Shown: positions 13,201-26,488, numbered from the stretch's first letter. The stretch is DNA of 64,000 bases from the human T2T-CHM13v2.0 reference genome, Homo sapiens (GCF_009914755.1 NC_060930.1); one strand, 5' to 3'. Translations and numbers: made by a program. The notes: generated by a model from the sequence alone, not told the origin.

Positions 13201-14270
13201 CCCTTCTTTTCTGTAATATAAACATTAAATGCTAGATATAACATTAACATTAAATGTTCTCTCTAAGTCTGCTGTTAATTCAATCGAGTAAATTTCTCTC
13301 TTCAGATATATTAATCTCTATAAATCTTATTTGTGTCTTTTAAAAACATTTTGTGTCTTTCCTCATTGTGCTCTGGCTTTCTTCTACCATCTTAAACATA
13401 TGAAATATTTATCAAAGCTCTTTAATTGTCCTTGTCTACTCTCATCATCTATTGTTTCTGGGATTATTTTTATTAATTGATTTTTCTGCTAACTATAGAT
13501 CATATTTTCTTGCATCATTGAATGATTGGCAATTTCAGATTGGATACTGAACATTGTGAATTTACATTTTTGGTTGTTAGATTTTTTTGCTGAAATACAG
13601 TTAAATTATTTGAAATCAGTTGTGTATTTATACAACTGCTTTTCTAAAAGCTTTGTTATGGTTGGACCTCTAATCTAGGGCCATGTATGCATGCTATTAA
13701 GGAGATAAACTTCTGGAGATCTTACTTGATGCTCCATATTTTGCAGTATCTTTCCATTCCGTTGGTGGAAAGATAAACCCTTTACAGCCCCTTTGAAGTC
13801 CATGCATTGTTGCCTACTTTTTTCTCATGGTTTTCTTCCTGATATATTCTCTAAACCTAGGTAGTTATTTTTTATGCAAGCTCAGATTGTTGCTCAGCCG
13901 AAAACTCAAAAATGCCCCTCTCAATCTCTGGACCTCTCTGTGTGCACAGTTCTTGGTTTTTGGTACCCTTTTCCCAAATTCTATCTTCCTCAAACTCTAA
14001 TCTTTTTCTTCTTAATATAATTAGACTGCAAGGCTATGTTTGGGCCTCCCATGGTTTTGCTGCAAACTTGAAAAATGATTCAGAGAAGCATGCGGTGAAT
14101 TTGTCAGGTCTACCTTGTTTCTTTTTATTCCAGGAGTCACATCCTAAGCTGCCCACTATCCAATATCTGAACCATGTTGTTTCACATATTTTCTAAGTTT
14201 TATCGTTGTTTATGATGGGAGGGCAAGTTCTGTCCCTGGTACTCCCTTTTGGCCAAAAGCAGCAGTTTCC
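10300..14270 (-). mobile_element. Ancient L1M (L1ME/L1MD-like), fragmented, interrupted by an AluY
   Basis: 3' UTR motifs (agaatttcacataaatggaatcacac, aactgttt...aaagtggttgtaccatttt), degraded ORF2-like T-rich sequence, and a 5'-end-like gtactcccttttggccaaaagcagcagt near 14250. Confidence 0.75.
12468..12769 (+). mobile_element. AluY (older, CpG-decayed)
   Basis: Full dimer; Y diagnostics ctggctaacacggtg and atggcatgaacc...gagcttgcagtgag; degenerate TSD aaaatgtatcattgag / aaaatcatcaatgag. Confidence 0.93.
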
Positions 14271-14596
14271 AAAGATGCTATTTTTATCTGCCATCTACCT
14301 GATTCATTGCCTAACATCGCAAAATTTTTCAGAAGTAGGTGGGAAATATCGCTGTTTTATTTTTGCTTTTTACCCAAAGAATTCAATAATGTCTCTTGAA
14401 TTAAAAAAATTTTTTTAAATATTTTGAGAAATTTTCATTATAAAGCTAGTTAAAAATTAGAGAACTTTAGTCACACAGTGGCAATTTGTGATACCTAAAA
14501 CTTACCCAGAGAGATCATGAATATAATTCATTATTCTTCCTTAATGAACAATTAGTTAACAGAAAATTAGTCAACAGAAGATACCTTACAAATATG

Positions 14597-14636
14597 CTCT
14601 CTCTGTCTCTCTCTCTCTCTATATATATATAAACAC

Positions 14637-14672
<36 letters not shown>
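14597..14672. repeat. Compound microsatellite (CT)n(AT)n(GT)n
   Basis: Read directly from the sequence. Confidence 0.95.
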
Positions 14673-14934
14673 TCCAAAAAAATTATTCTTAGTCTCTCAA
14701 ATAATTTGTATTGCAAAAAGTATTTTGGAATAAGTCTAGATGTACATAAGTTAATATATATATATAATTTTAAATATAAGAGACTGAGAGGTTGCTTAAA
14801 GCTAGATGTTGTCTTTAAACTTGAAAATATAAGCATTATGAGAGTCTAAAAAAGAAAAAAATATAAATTAGTAAATTCGGATTTTAATTGGAGTTATTTT
14901 TATTTTTTTATTTGTTATTGAGAAAAAGCAACAG

Positions 14935-15369
14935 TGTTTTATCTGCTTTTGCTGCAAACAACCTCAAAAGTTAGGAACTTAAAATCATAGCCATTTATTT
15001 GCTCATATGTTTATGTCTTGGAATATGGAGTGGACTATGGTAGGCTTACTCGTACAGTCATACGTGAGGTCGCCTGGGGCATGATTGGTTTTGAAGGGCC
15101 TTGGCTGGGAAACCTAGTTTCTGTTCCACTTGATTTTTTAACATCCTATTGTGGTCTTTCCCCATGGGGCATGGTCTCTAAGAAAGCAAAAGAGACAGAA
15201 CTTGAGTGTATGAACACATATCAGGCCTTTGTTTTGTGTCAATTTTACAGATGTTCCAACGGGTAAACAACTTACCTGACCCACCTCAAACTTGGGGCAA
15301 GAGGGAAGATATATTACACCCTTTAGGACAAGCTACAAAATTTTGTTCCCATTTTTGTAATCTATCACA
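14935..15369 (-). mobile_element. MLT1-family MaLR LTR (old)
   Basis: atctgcttttgctgcaaacaacctcaaaa...cttaaaa...ccatttatttgctcat; ends tttttgtaatctatcaca. Confidence 0.7.
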
Positions 15370-15384
15370 TAAGGCATACTGTGG

Positions 15385-15500
15385 TTCTTCCTCTTAAAAT
15401 TCTTTTATGGCTTACTGTGACTTTCAGGATGAAGATTAACTTCTCTAAGATTGCATTCAAGGCTATTCATAGGCTTGATACTGATCATTAATCTCTTATA
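15385..15500 (+). mobile_element. L2 fragment
   Basis: cttaaaattcttttatggctt...gcattcaaggctattcatag. Confidence 0.5.
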
Positions 15501-15568
15501 CATGGACCAAACTCCTCAAGTCATTTTTCATTCAATACATTAATTAGGTCCATAGTTAAGAAGGGGAT

Positions 15569-15854
15569 GACTCGGTGTGGTGGCTCACACCTGTAATCCC
15601 AGCACTTCGGGAGGCCAAGGCTGGTGGATGACTTGAGACCAGGAGGTGGAGACCAGCCTGGGCAATATGGCAAAACCCTGTCACTACAAAAATTACAAAA
15701 ATTAGCTGGGCTTGGTGGTGCACACCTGTAGTCCCAGCTATTTGAGGGGCTGAGGTGGGAGGATTGCTTGAGCCTGGGACATCATGCCTGCAGTGAGCTC
15801 TCCAGTCTGGGCGACAAAGCGAGACCCTGTTTCTAAAACGAAAAAAAAAAAAAA
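15569..15854 (+). mobile_element. AluJ with a short right-arm deletion
   Basis: J diagnostics gaggtgggaggattgcttgagcctggg and gagaccctgt; gcagtgagctc joins directly to tccag; TSD about aagaaggggat / aagaaggagaat. Confidence 0.93.
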
Positions 15855-16269
15855 AGAAGGAGAATTTGATTGTAGGAAGACTCGTTTTCATGGAGACTAC
15901 ATGTGTTTGGGGTAAAAAATTAACTAACTGTTGTAAAGTCATCTTTATCAACACTTTTGGAATGCATTTGATGATGATTCATTTAGTTCTATCAGCCAGA
16001 TTCAAGCTTTGGGTACTTTAAATCTGAGAGATATATAATTAGAAAATGTAACATTTCAGAAAATTATTTTTTAGAGCCATAACTGCTCTTAGATATGCCC
16101 ACAAATCCTGTAGGGTTGGTATAATATGGACTATGGATATTAACAATCAAAAAATAAAACCTAGAAATAAGAACTTTTTATTTAAATAATTATTTAATTA
16201 TTAAATTATTGCATTGCTGCAATAATTTGAACATTTACAGTATGTAAAATATTATATTAAATATATAAC

Positions 16270-16400
16270 TTACATTAGTTTATTAATGTTCATAGCAATC
16301 ATTGAGTGTAAGTGTTGCGTGCCTGTTTTCAGATGAAGACACTAAGAATCAGGGATGTTATCTAAAGTTATACAAATACTAAGTTAGTATAACAATTTGT
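16270..16400 (-). mobile_element. MIR fragment
   Basis: cctgttttcagatgaagacactaagaatcaggga. Confidence 0.55.
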
Positions 16401-16525
16401 TATATTGAGATAACCATCTGTTTAACTTTAGGTAACATTCCTGGGGATAAAACCTAGGCCTGATTCTGTAGTATCCGCTGATAACCACTAATTTATAATA
16501 CCTTTCTGCTCCCTTCCTTTTGGGT

Positions 16526-16692
16526 TGTATTAGTTTTTTCTTGCTATGTAACAAATTGCCACAACTGTTTTCCTGGTTTAGAAGTCTGGACACAGATCAG
16601 ATGAGTTCTCTGCTCATGGTCTCACAAAGGTGTAATCAAATTATTGGCCAGAGCTGTAATCTCACCTGAAGTTCAGGATCTTCCTCCAAGCT
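16526..16692 (-). mobile_element. MLT1 LTR fragment
   Basis: tgtattagtt...gctatgtaacaaattgccacaa...ggtctcacaaaggtgtaatcaa. Confidence 0.7.
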
Positions 16693-16694
16693 AT

Positions 16695-17443
<749 letters not shown>

Positions 17444-17723
17444 GGCCGGGCGCGGTGGCTCACGCCTGTAATCCCAGCACTTTGGGAGGCCGAGGCGGGT
17501 GGATCATGAGGTCAGGAGATCGAGACCATCCTGGCTAACAAGGTGAAACCCCGTCTCTACTAAAAATACAAAAAATTAGCCGGGCGCGGTGGCGGGCGCC
17601 TGTAGTCCCAGCTACTCGGGAGGCTGAGGCAGGAGAATGGCGTGAACCCGGGAAGCGGAACTTGCAGTGAGCCGAGATTGCGACAGAGCGAGACTCCGTC
17701 TCAAAAAAAAAAAAAAAAAAAAA
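17444..17723 (+). mobile_element. AluYb8-lineage element with a 29-bp internal deletion
   Basis: Six Yb8 diagnostics (gcgggtgg, atcatgag, ctaacaagg, ggcgcggtgg, ggaagcgg, gagattgcg); CpGs intact; pure A21 tail; TSD aaaaattatt. Confidence 0.95.
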
Positions 17724-17859
17724 TTATTTAGTATGAGAAAACTGTACTTTAAAATAAAAATAAATGTTTTCAAAGAGCATTCAAACAGTGCCTGCAGGGG
17801 TGGAGAAGGGCGGTCAATTCAAAATATCCATACCACAGAACAGACAAAAACACTCATTA

Positions 17860-18060
17860 TAAGCAATGTGTAAATAACTCATAATGAGGTTTCAGGGGAG
17901 GTAGAATTCATTATCTCCCATAGTCAGGGATTCCGGGACGGCATTCTGAAGATGGCTCTTTAGGTGAGTTTTCATGTTGGAGACAGGGGAGGAGACCAGG
18001 AAGTGGAAACACTAGGAGGAGTGGAGATGATGAAACAAATGAGGGCCATAGAACATGAAG
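17860..18060 (-). mobile_element. Probable L2 fragment
   Basis: Purine-rich antisense L2-like sequence (gtcagggattccgggacggcattctgaagatggctctttaggtgagt). Confidence 0.35.
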
Positions 18061-18810
18061 TTATGGATTAGGACACAAATGCCAGTTGATAGAACTCCTT
18101 TTCCCTCTGTGCAAACATTAATATTCCTTTGGAATGATTTGCTTATGATGTTTAGATCAGATTGGTGGGGAACATTAGAAACATGAGAAAAGGTAGAAAA
18201 TGTGCAATGAATCAGACTTTCATATAAGACCACTAGCTAGCAACTAAGAATTTTGACAGAACAGGGCAGATACCTCGAGTAAGATGAAGCTTTAAAATAG
18301 CCAAGAGGAGCACTAAATGAGAATGCAAGGGGAATCTATAATCAAATTGTTTCTAAGTTATAACCCCTTGCCTGGGACATGGCCCAGGTTCAGAGTTCAG
18401 TTTACCTCATTAACCACTTGGTTAGTGATTTAATTGCTAGCCCTCTGAGACCAGTGCTTTAGAGTGAAAGGGAAAATCTAGACCTCCACAACAGCGCCTT
18501 CAAAGGGAGAACTGCTTTTCCATTAATTCAACAGAAAAAATTGGTAATCAGTAGAAATGTCCCAAGGCTATCAATGCAGCTGTTTTCTACTCAGTCTTGG
18601 AAGGACTGCTGACTCCATGACTGTTATCTTTGTTTAAGTTGTTCTTTTGAGAGTACTAAGGCAAACACATGAGCCTCTGGGATTCATTTCAATGCAAGTT
18701 AGCACACAGATGCTGAGAACATTCCTGTACAACACAGGAGAAATGGAAGACAGAGTCTACAACATACTCTAAAAGCTACAAATAAGATCAAGTCCAACAA
18801 ATACTGTGAG

Positions 18811-19157
<347 letters not shown>

Positions 19158-19578
19158 TCAAGCATACACTTAGTAACAGATATCCTTAAAACATGAGGCT
19201 AGGCTTATATTTAGATGTGACAAAATATGAAAAATTTCACAAATAGATGAACTGTTTTTGCATAATCAATCTTGTCAAAAAAGAGGAACTCACGATATGC
19301 TATTAATTATTTAAAGGTATGAATCTGATTATCGAACCACATTTTAAAGTTTCAATGGAAATAAGTATAATAAATTCTTGCAGTGTTTACATCTGTGGTT
19401 GAAATTCAGTTCTTTGTTTCATCTTTCATTAAATTTTCCTCCTGAGGCTGGCATGTAAACTGGGACTTAGCTTCTTGCCTCTTAAGAGGAGAACGCTTAA
19501 TGTGGTAAAGTAAAACTTCACAGCTTTCTTAAAATCCCATAAAAACATTAATTTGAAGCCAAGATCAAATATCACAGC

Positions 19579-20102
19579 TGTGGTAGATTAAAGATGGTTA
19601 TAAATTATTTGCTACTCCTTGCATTAAGAAGTAGAGTTCAATTCCCCTCTTTTTGGATCTGCGCTGATTTAGCGACATGCTTGACTAATAGTATATGGCA
19701 GAAGTGACATTGTGGTGCTATCAAGGTCATGTTTTAAGAAGCTTCTGGTTTCTGCCCAGGCCTCAAGGATTACTCTCTTTTAGAGCCCTGAGAGACCTTA
19801 GTGTTAGAGCACTATGCTAAAGAAGGCACATACATGTTCTCCATGTGACAGTCAAAATTTATTCTAGCCTTGCAGCCTCTTCACCAAGGTGTCAGACCGA
19901 TCTGTGAAGCCATCTTGGATTCCCATGCCAACTTATCAACCAGTTGAATACGACTGGGTCACTTTAACTGATGCAGAAATATCGCTTTAGTTGTATGGTG
20001 CCTGGATTCCTAATCCAAAAAATCTTAAGATGTAACACAAGAATTGTTTTAAGCCACTGAATTTTGGGATAGTTTGTTATGCAACAATAGATAATTTAGA
20101 CA
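19579..20102 (+). mobile_element. MLT1G/H-like MaLR solo LTR
   Basis: TG...CA ends: tgtggtagattaaagatgg ... tttaagccactgaattttgggatagtttgttatgcaacaatagataatttagaca. Confidence 0.85.
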
Positions 20103-20489
20103 ATGGCTAAAATGTCTCTGTGTCCTCGTAGTTACACATTTACCTATGATAATTGTCTACCAATGTGGAAAAATTATATTACTGTTCAGGTTGCTGGGAA
20201 AAATTGTAAGGTGAATTAAAATTAGCTATGTTATTTTCTCATTTCTTGATGTCCACGTCTTTCAGAAGCCAATGTCATCATATTACTTACCTGCTCATAA
20301 AATCTCTGAGACCAGCCATTTCCGTTAAAATGTAATGGGGTATTTGAGTTTTTTTCTACAAGACGCATTTTCCCTTTGAACTTATCTTTTATTTAGGGAA
20401 TCAAAGAAAAATTTCCCAAGAAGGAAATTTTAGGAACTGGCTGACAAATAATTTCAAAGGAAAGATTTACCCAATAATTATTAGAGAGA

Positions 20490-20984
20490 ACTTGGTGCTG
20501 ACATCTTATGCCATGACACACCTCCAATTCAATTTCCATTCTAGGGGGCTTTGATTCATCTTGTGCTGCCAATGTTTCACCTGAAATTTCACCACTGTCT
20601 TTTCTCATTTGGCCTCAAAGTCTTTCATAACATGGCATATTGCTGCCCATAAATGCTAGAATATTACAGAAGTACAGGACAGTTCATGCTTTCAAGAATA
20701 ATCCTTGAACAATTAGGACCAGAGATGAAATAAATGTTACAGCCTTCTATTCATGTGAACAATTTTGAGTAGCATTCCATACATTTCTCAGAAATCCTGG
20801 AAAACTCCTCTCTTTCTCTCTCTCTCTCCCCCTTTCTCTCTCTTTCTCATTATGACTTTTCCTTTTGTCCTTTCTTATTCTCTCATATCCTTATTCTTGC
20901 TTCCTGAGAACTCATTCCAAATAACCTTCCTGCACCCATGTCTTTGCCTCTGCTTTGTTTGGGAGGGAAATACAAACTAAGACA
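20490..20984 (+). mobile_element. LTR16-like (ERVL) LTR
   Basis: 3' end cttcctgagaactcattccaaataaccttcctgcaccca...gggaaatacaaactaagaca typical of LTR16. Confidence 0.7.
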
Positions 20985-22044
20985 GTGTTTCAACATTACA
21001 TTACTTAGAAGATATTATATATTCCATTTATGCTAAAGCCCAGTCTTCCTACTAATCCAGTATTCATAGGGCTTACAGCAGATATATTTTTCAGGTAAAA
21101 TGAAACATTTTTCATGTAATGATGAATAATTCTTCCTGACTTCAAATGACAAGACACCTGCATTTCAAATTTCTTGCTGAGGTGAAGACAGCAATATATG
21201 CATTTACACTATAATTGACTAAGTATAAGATGTCAGTCTCATTAACACCTCCTTGCAAATAACTGAAGTAAGAAGTCTGGATATATAACTCCTACTGATG
21301 TGGTTCAAAATGTAGTTTTTTGGTATGGGCTACCACTAAGCTTAATAGAGAGATTAGGGGGACTATCATTCAAATGTCAGTATGGACTTAAGCTAACACT
21401 GATAGAAAATTATATTCCAAAATTTAATTTAAAAATTAACTAATAATAAAGCATTATGTAATTGCATTAGTCAACAAGCACACTAAAATCTGGCCCCCAA
21501 CTTACTCAGTTTTAAAGATTTCACTTCAGCCAAGGTCAAATAGTATGAAATCCAGTCTAAGACCAAATTAAAGTCACCTGTTTGTTCAGGGTTAGTATAC
21601 TAACTTAATTAATAGCAAGACAGAGCAGAACAATTATTCTGACACAACAAAAATAAGGACTAACTAAATTCTGAATTTTGTAGCATGCATCAAATTAATT
21701 AAAAATGGTTGGAAAAAATGGCAAATATCTCTTTCTGGCAAGGAGTAGGCAAATGCCAACTTATAAAAGAAGCACATGGTCAGCTTACAACTGATTTGCT
21801 GAGCAGAAAACCCCTTAAAGCTTGAACTCTTTCAAATATAAAGGAAAATTCTTAAATACAAATATATACCAGAAATTTCTGTAAACATAACGAATTTGTT
21901 CTGAACTATGGTCAAAAGTGATCTTGTATTACTTTTGAAATCAAACTTCCCTGGCACCACATATTTATTCAGCTTGATAAATAACTTCATCCGAGTGCTT
22001 TAGAGATGTGCTGTGGACATTATAGTCACATTAAAATTCCACCA

Positions 22045-23004
22045 TCTTTTGGATACACACCCAGCAGTGGGATTACTGGATTATGTGGTGTGATATTTTG
22101 ATCTTTTTGAGGAAACTTCATGCTGTTTTTCATAATGGCTGTACTGATTTACATTCCCCCCAACAGTATAGAGGGTTTACATTCCCACCAGTAGTATAGA
22201 GGGTTTCCTTTATCCTTTATACTATTGGTGTGAATGTAAATCAGTACATCAGTACATCCTCACCAACACTTGTTATCTTTTGTCTTTTTGATAATAGCCA
22301 TTCTAACGGGTGTGGGGTGATATCTGCACTCTTAGGTTTATGGCAGCATTATTCACAATGGTCAAGATATGGAATCAACCTAAATCTCAGTCAATGGATG
22401 AATGAATAAAGACAATGTATTATATATGTACAATGGAATGCTATTTGACCATATAAAAGAAGAAAATTCTGCCATTTACAACAACATGGATGAACCTGGA
22501 GAACATTATGTTAAATGAAATAAGCCACACACAGAAGGACAAATAATGCATTATCTCACTCAGATGTGAAATTTTAAAAAGTTGATCTCCCACAAAGCTA
22601 GAGAATAGAATGGTGGTTACTGTGGGCTGGGATCATGGGAGTGGAGACATTGAGGAAATGTTGGCCACAGGATACAAAATTTCAGTTAGATAGGAAAAGT
22701 AAGTTCAAGAGATATATTGTACAACAGGGTGACTATAGTTCATAACAATATATTGTATTCTTTTATCCCAGGCCCTAAAGTGTCATTTCACTGTTCTCTC
22801 TTTAGGCTTAGTCCAGGCCTTGAAATTATATTGTGTTCTTGAAAAATGTGGAGACAGTGGATGTTAAGTATTCTCACAACAAAATTGATAACTGTGAAGT
22901 AACTCATGTTAATTAGCTAGATGTAGTCATTACACAATGCATATATATTTTAAAACATCATGTTGTACATGATAAATACATATAATTTCATCTGCCAATT
23001 AAAA
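22045..23004 (+). mobile_element. L1MA (about MA6-8), 5'-truncated with a 5' inversion (twin priming)
   Basis: 22045-22325 is antisense L1 ORF2 end; 22319-23004 is sense ORF2 end plus 3' UTR (ggatacaaaatttcagttagatagg...); the two share gatatct at the junction. Confidence 0.9.
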
Positions 23005-23324
23005 CTTTTTTTAATTCCCTTGGCCTTCAAGAAAAAATAAGAAACTCAAGCCACAGCTACAGAAAGAAGTTAGAGGTTTTTTTTGTTTGTTTGTTTTTGT
23101 TTTTTAACTGTGGCTCTTATTGTGCTACACAAAGAATTAGTTCTCTTATGACAGCAAAATATCCTGTGATGCTCTTTGCGGAACATTCGATTGTAGAAAG
23201 CACTGGAACAAAATGTACATTTGCCTGTGTGAGTTTGTGTGGTAAGCGAAAGGGACAGGGAGGAGGTGGAGAGAGGGTAATTGATATTTGAGGAACTATT
23301 ACAAGGTCTCAAGGACACTATATT

Positions 23325-23520
23325 AATTACTTAATATACTTATCAAAGCAACACTGAGATAGCTTTTTTAAATCTCAGTTTCACTGAAGAAAAAACAGAT
23401 TCATCAAGATTTAGAAACAATAAAAGTAACAAAGCTCATACATTATAAAAGCAAGATTCAAATTCAAATGTTTTCTAGATTCTAAATTATTGTTCTTTAA
23501 TGCATAGCACACTACCTCTA
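23325..23520 (-). mobile_element. MIR
   Basis: tctcagtttcactgaagaaaaaacagattca...gcaagattcaaattcaaatg. Confidence 0.55.
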
Positions 23521-24196
23521 TTGAATTAAGGCAAATTAGCTTCCATATGACAGATATTTTCAGCTGCATGGCACCATTTCCGTAAGGCAAATATTTTTAG
23601 CTGAGCTGCATTTCTTTATAAATTAATAGGCATTATCTATATTCTAAAGAAGTATATGGAAAATTCAGCTGGGAAGAGGAAAAATGCTCTTCTTTTTTAT
23701 TCTGAAATTTCAATATTCACATCTGTCTAATGACATAATATTGCAAGAAGAAAATGGAGTAAATTAGCAGTAAGTGAGAAGATTTGAGAGAGTAGGGGCA
23801 GGAGCTGGGCAAAGATACTCCATCTTGTCTTCCCCTTGATTAAATTGTAAATTCCCTAGAGGTCTCTCGAATCTTTATGCAGTACTAGAAGACTGACATC
23901 ATGTTCAGCAAACAAGCTTGTTGCTGTTATTTACAGATAATGAAGGGCATTTCTCATGCAACGGGGTAGATACTATGCCTCGAAAAAGCTTTCTAATGAG
24001 ACAGGAAGTTTGAGTTTCCCCTTGCATATTTTCTCCAATGTTCTGCATATACTATATGATATGTAAATGTATACATAGTACAGTTACTACATGATCTTTT
24101 GTCAAACTAATTTGTTTGCCTCTGGCTTGTTTTCTTTGCTCTGCCCTTAAAAGTGAGATTCTAATTTACTGCCTTTTCTCCTGCCACTGGCCCAGG

Positions 24197-24620
24197 TGTA
24201 CTAGTTTCCTATTGCAACATAACAGATGATCAGCCATAAGCTTAGAAGCTTAACACGCTTTTTTGATCTCACAGTTTCTGTGAGTCAGGAATCCAGGCAA
24301 AGCTTAACTGCGTTCTTTACTTCAGGATCCCTCACAAAATTAGAATCAAGGTGTTGCCCAGGGATGAGGTCTTGTCTGAAGACTCAACTGAGAATGATAC
24401 ATTTCCAAAAATATATCATTTTTGGCAGAACTCATTTCTTATAAATTGGGCTGAGGGCCTCAGTTCGTCAGTTCTTAGCTGGCTCTTGTCTCAAAGCTGA
24501 TGTCAGTTCTTGCCACAAAGGTCTCTTTAATGCAGTGGCTTGCTTCACCAAAGTGTGCAACCTGAGATAATCACAGAGAGAGAATGTTGGTAAGATAATT
24601 TAAGGCAGGATGTGATAAGC
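24197..24620 (-). mobile_element. MLT1E/F-like MaLR LTR
   Basis: tgtactagtttcctattgc...ctcacagtttctgtgagtcaggaatccagg...aatcaaggtgttg...tggcagaactcatttctt. Confidence 0.8.
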
Positions 24621-24641
24621 ACCAAATATGTGATAGGCATG

Positions 24642-24675
<34 letters not shown>

Positions 24676-24687
24676 CATACATACACA
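24642..24687. repeat. Interrupted (CA)n microsatellite
   Basis: Read directly from the sequence. Confidence 0.95.
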
Positions 24688-24964
24688 GAGTCAGAATTCC
24701 AAGATTGGAGAGATCACAGGTGCTGGGGAATTCACAGAATGGTTTATATAGCAGGTAGGACTTCAATCTGATATTGAATATATGTAGATAACATCAAATA
24801 TGGAAAGCAAAGCCATGTACTCAGCCAGAGGTAGCTGCAAAGACAAAAGTATAATTGTATGGATTCAAATGGCATATTCTGAGGAAATGTGGAGCACTGG
24901 ACTACTTGAAGAAAATGAACTGTTTTGAGAAGTAATGAAAATTGATTATGTTACACACAGCTTT

Positions 24965-25168
24965 TAATATGCCATACTGCTTTAAATACTTTACCTGTGT
25001 TAGCTCATTTAATTCTAGTAATAACCTTTTGAGATAGACAATATTATTATTCCCAGTTGGTAAATCAGAATATTAGATCCTAGAAGTTCTTGATAAACTT
25101 ACACAGCTATCAAACAAAAGAGATTGAATTCAACCAGGTATCCTGACTCCATAACTCATGCTCATAAA
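24965..25168 (-). mobile_element. MIR (flanked by degraded antisense L2-like sequence)
   Basis: ttagctcatttaattctagtaataaccttttgagatagacaatattattattccc...cctgactccataactcatgctc. Confidence 0.7.
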
Positions 25169-25659
25169 GTAGGTTAAAGCTAGTTTATGCATTTTCATAA
25201 ATGCAGAATCTCTGTAATTTTCTCTGACTTTGCTGCTTATAATTATGGGGCCATAGAGAAATCACAGCCATCAGTTTTATATTCTTCAAAATAAGAAGTT
25301 TAAGATAAATAATCTTAAACTTTTCCTAAACTTGAAAACTCTATGGTTCCAATATTTTAAAAATAGATTTTAGCCTACACGAAGCCAGCAATTACAGAAG
25401 TTTTTTGGCAGAAAAGAGTCATGAACCAAGGAATATTTTAGGAAACTATTCTGGTAGGAAGTGCTATATAGTCTGGATTAAAGACAGGCTATAGTCAGAT
25501 GAACAGGTGAAAAACATTGCATTAGGCCAAGTCGTCACAGACTTCCAGTGTGGTAGCTGAAAGAATAAAGAGATATGTTAATGAATCACAGAGGACAAAG
25601 TTAAAGAATTTACTGAAAGGCAATTGTGGTGATGTGGGAATCCCGTGACAGTGGCAACC

Positions 25660-25745
25660 AGATTTGGGTTTAATTCTGGGGTCAGACACTTAACTGTGAT
25701 GCAGGGAAAGTTACTTATATTCTCTAAGCTTCAGCAAGATGGAGA
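25660..25745 (+). mobile_element. MIR fragment
   Basis: gatttgggtttaattctgg...cacttaactgtga...aagttactta...tctctaagcttcag. Confidence 0.55.
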
Positions 25746-25754
25746 TAAGAAAAC

Positions 25755-26147
25755 AGTATTAGGGTAGCATAGGTATGAAGCAATAATATTTCTCAGCAAG
25801 CAATAACTTGGTACAATGCACTTTTATTCCTCTTACACTCAAAATCTGCTCAAGTTCCATAAAACACTCCAGATAGTGGTCTCTATGTGGTGATTAGTGA
25901 TCCAAGCTACTTTGATCTCGTGGTTCCACATCTCAACCCAAAATCCCCTAGTAACCACAACAGAGGAAGAAAGAGCAGACAAATTCTTCAGTGTTTTTAC
26001 CAGTTCTTCTTTTTAGGCATTTCCACTGACTGTACACTGGCCAGTAACATATGATTCTGCCTAACATGAGGGTGTTGGAAGTCTAGTATTCTTTATGCTC
26101 AGGAATGAGAAGAAAATAAATATTGGTAAACATTAGTGATGTCTACA
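25755..26147 (-). mobile_element. Old MLT1 (J/K/L-like) LTR
   Basis: tgattagtgatccaagctactttgatctcgtggttccacatctc...cactggccagtaac...ggaagtctagt. Confidence 0.55.
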
Positions 26148-26354
26148 AAAAACACCCAATTTATCTTAGCATAGTATGCACAGCGCATGATCGGTATCCT
26201 TGGTGATATCTTTCACTTTACTCTTCTTGACAGAATTGGGTAGAGTAGGGTTAGGGAATAAAGAAAGAAAAGTTAAAAATACTCCCAAATACTTAAAGGT
26301 ATCTTTTTTCCTTTTCAGTCTGTCACCTTCTTCCTCTTTCTCTCCCTTTCTTGT

Positions 26355-26488
26355 GCATATGTGTGCACACACACACACAGAGGTGCATGCGCACACACAC
26401 ACACACACACACACAAAGGCATACATACACACACAGAGGTGCTCACACACATACACAGGCATGCATGCACACATGCATGTACACACCA
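26355..26488. repeat. CA-rich low-complexity tract with repeated cacacacagaggtgc
   Basis: Read directly from the sequence. Confidence 0.9.
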
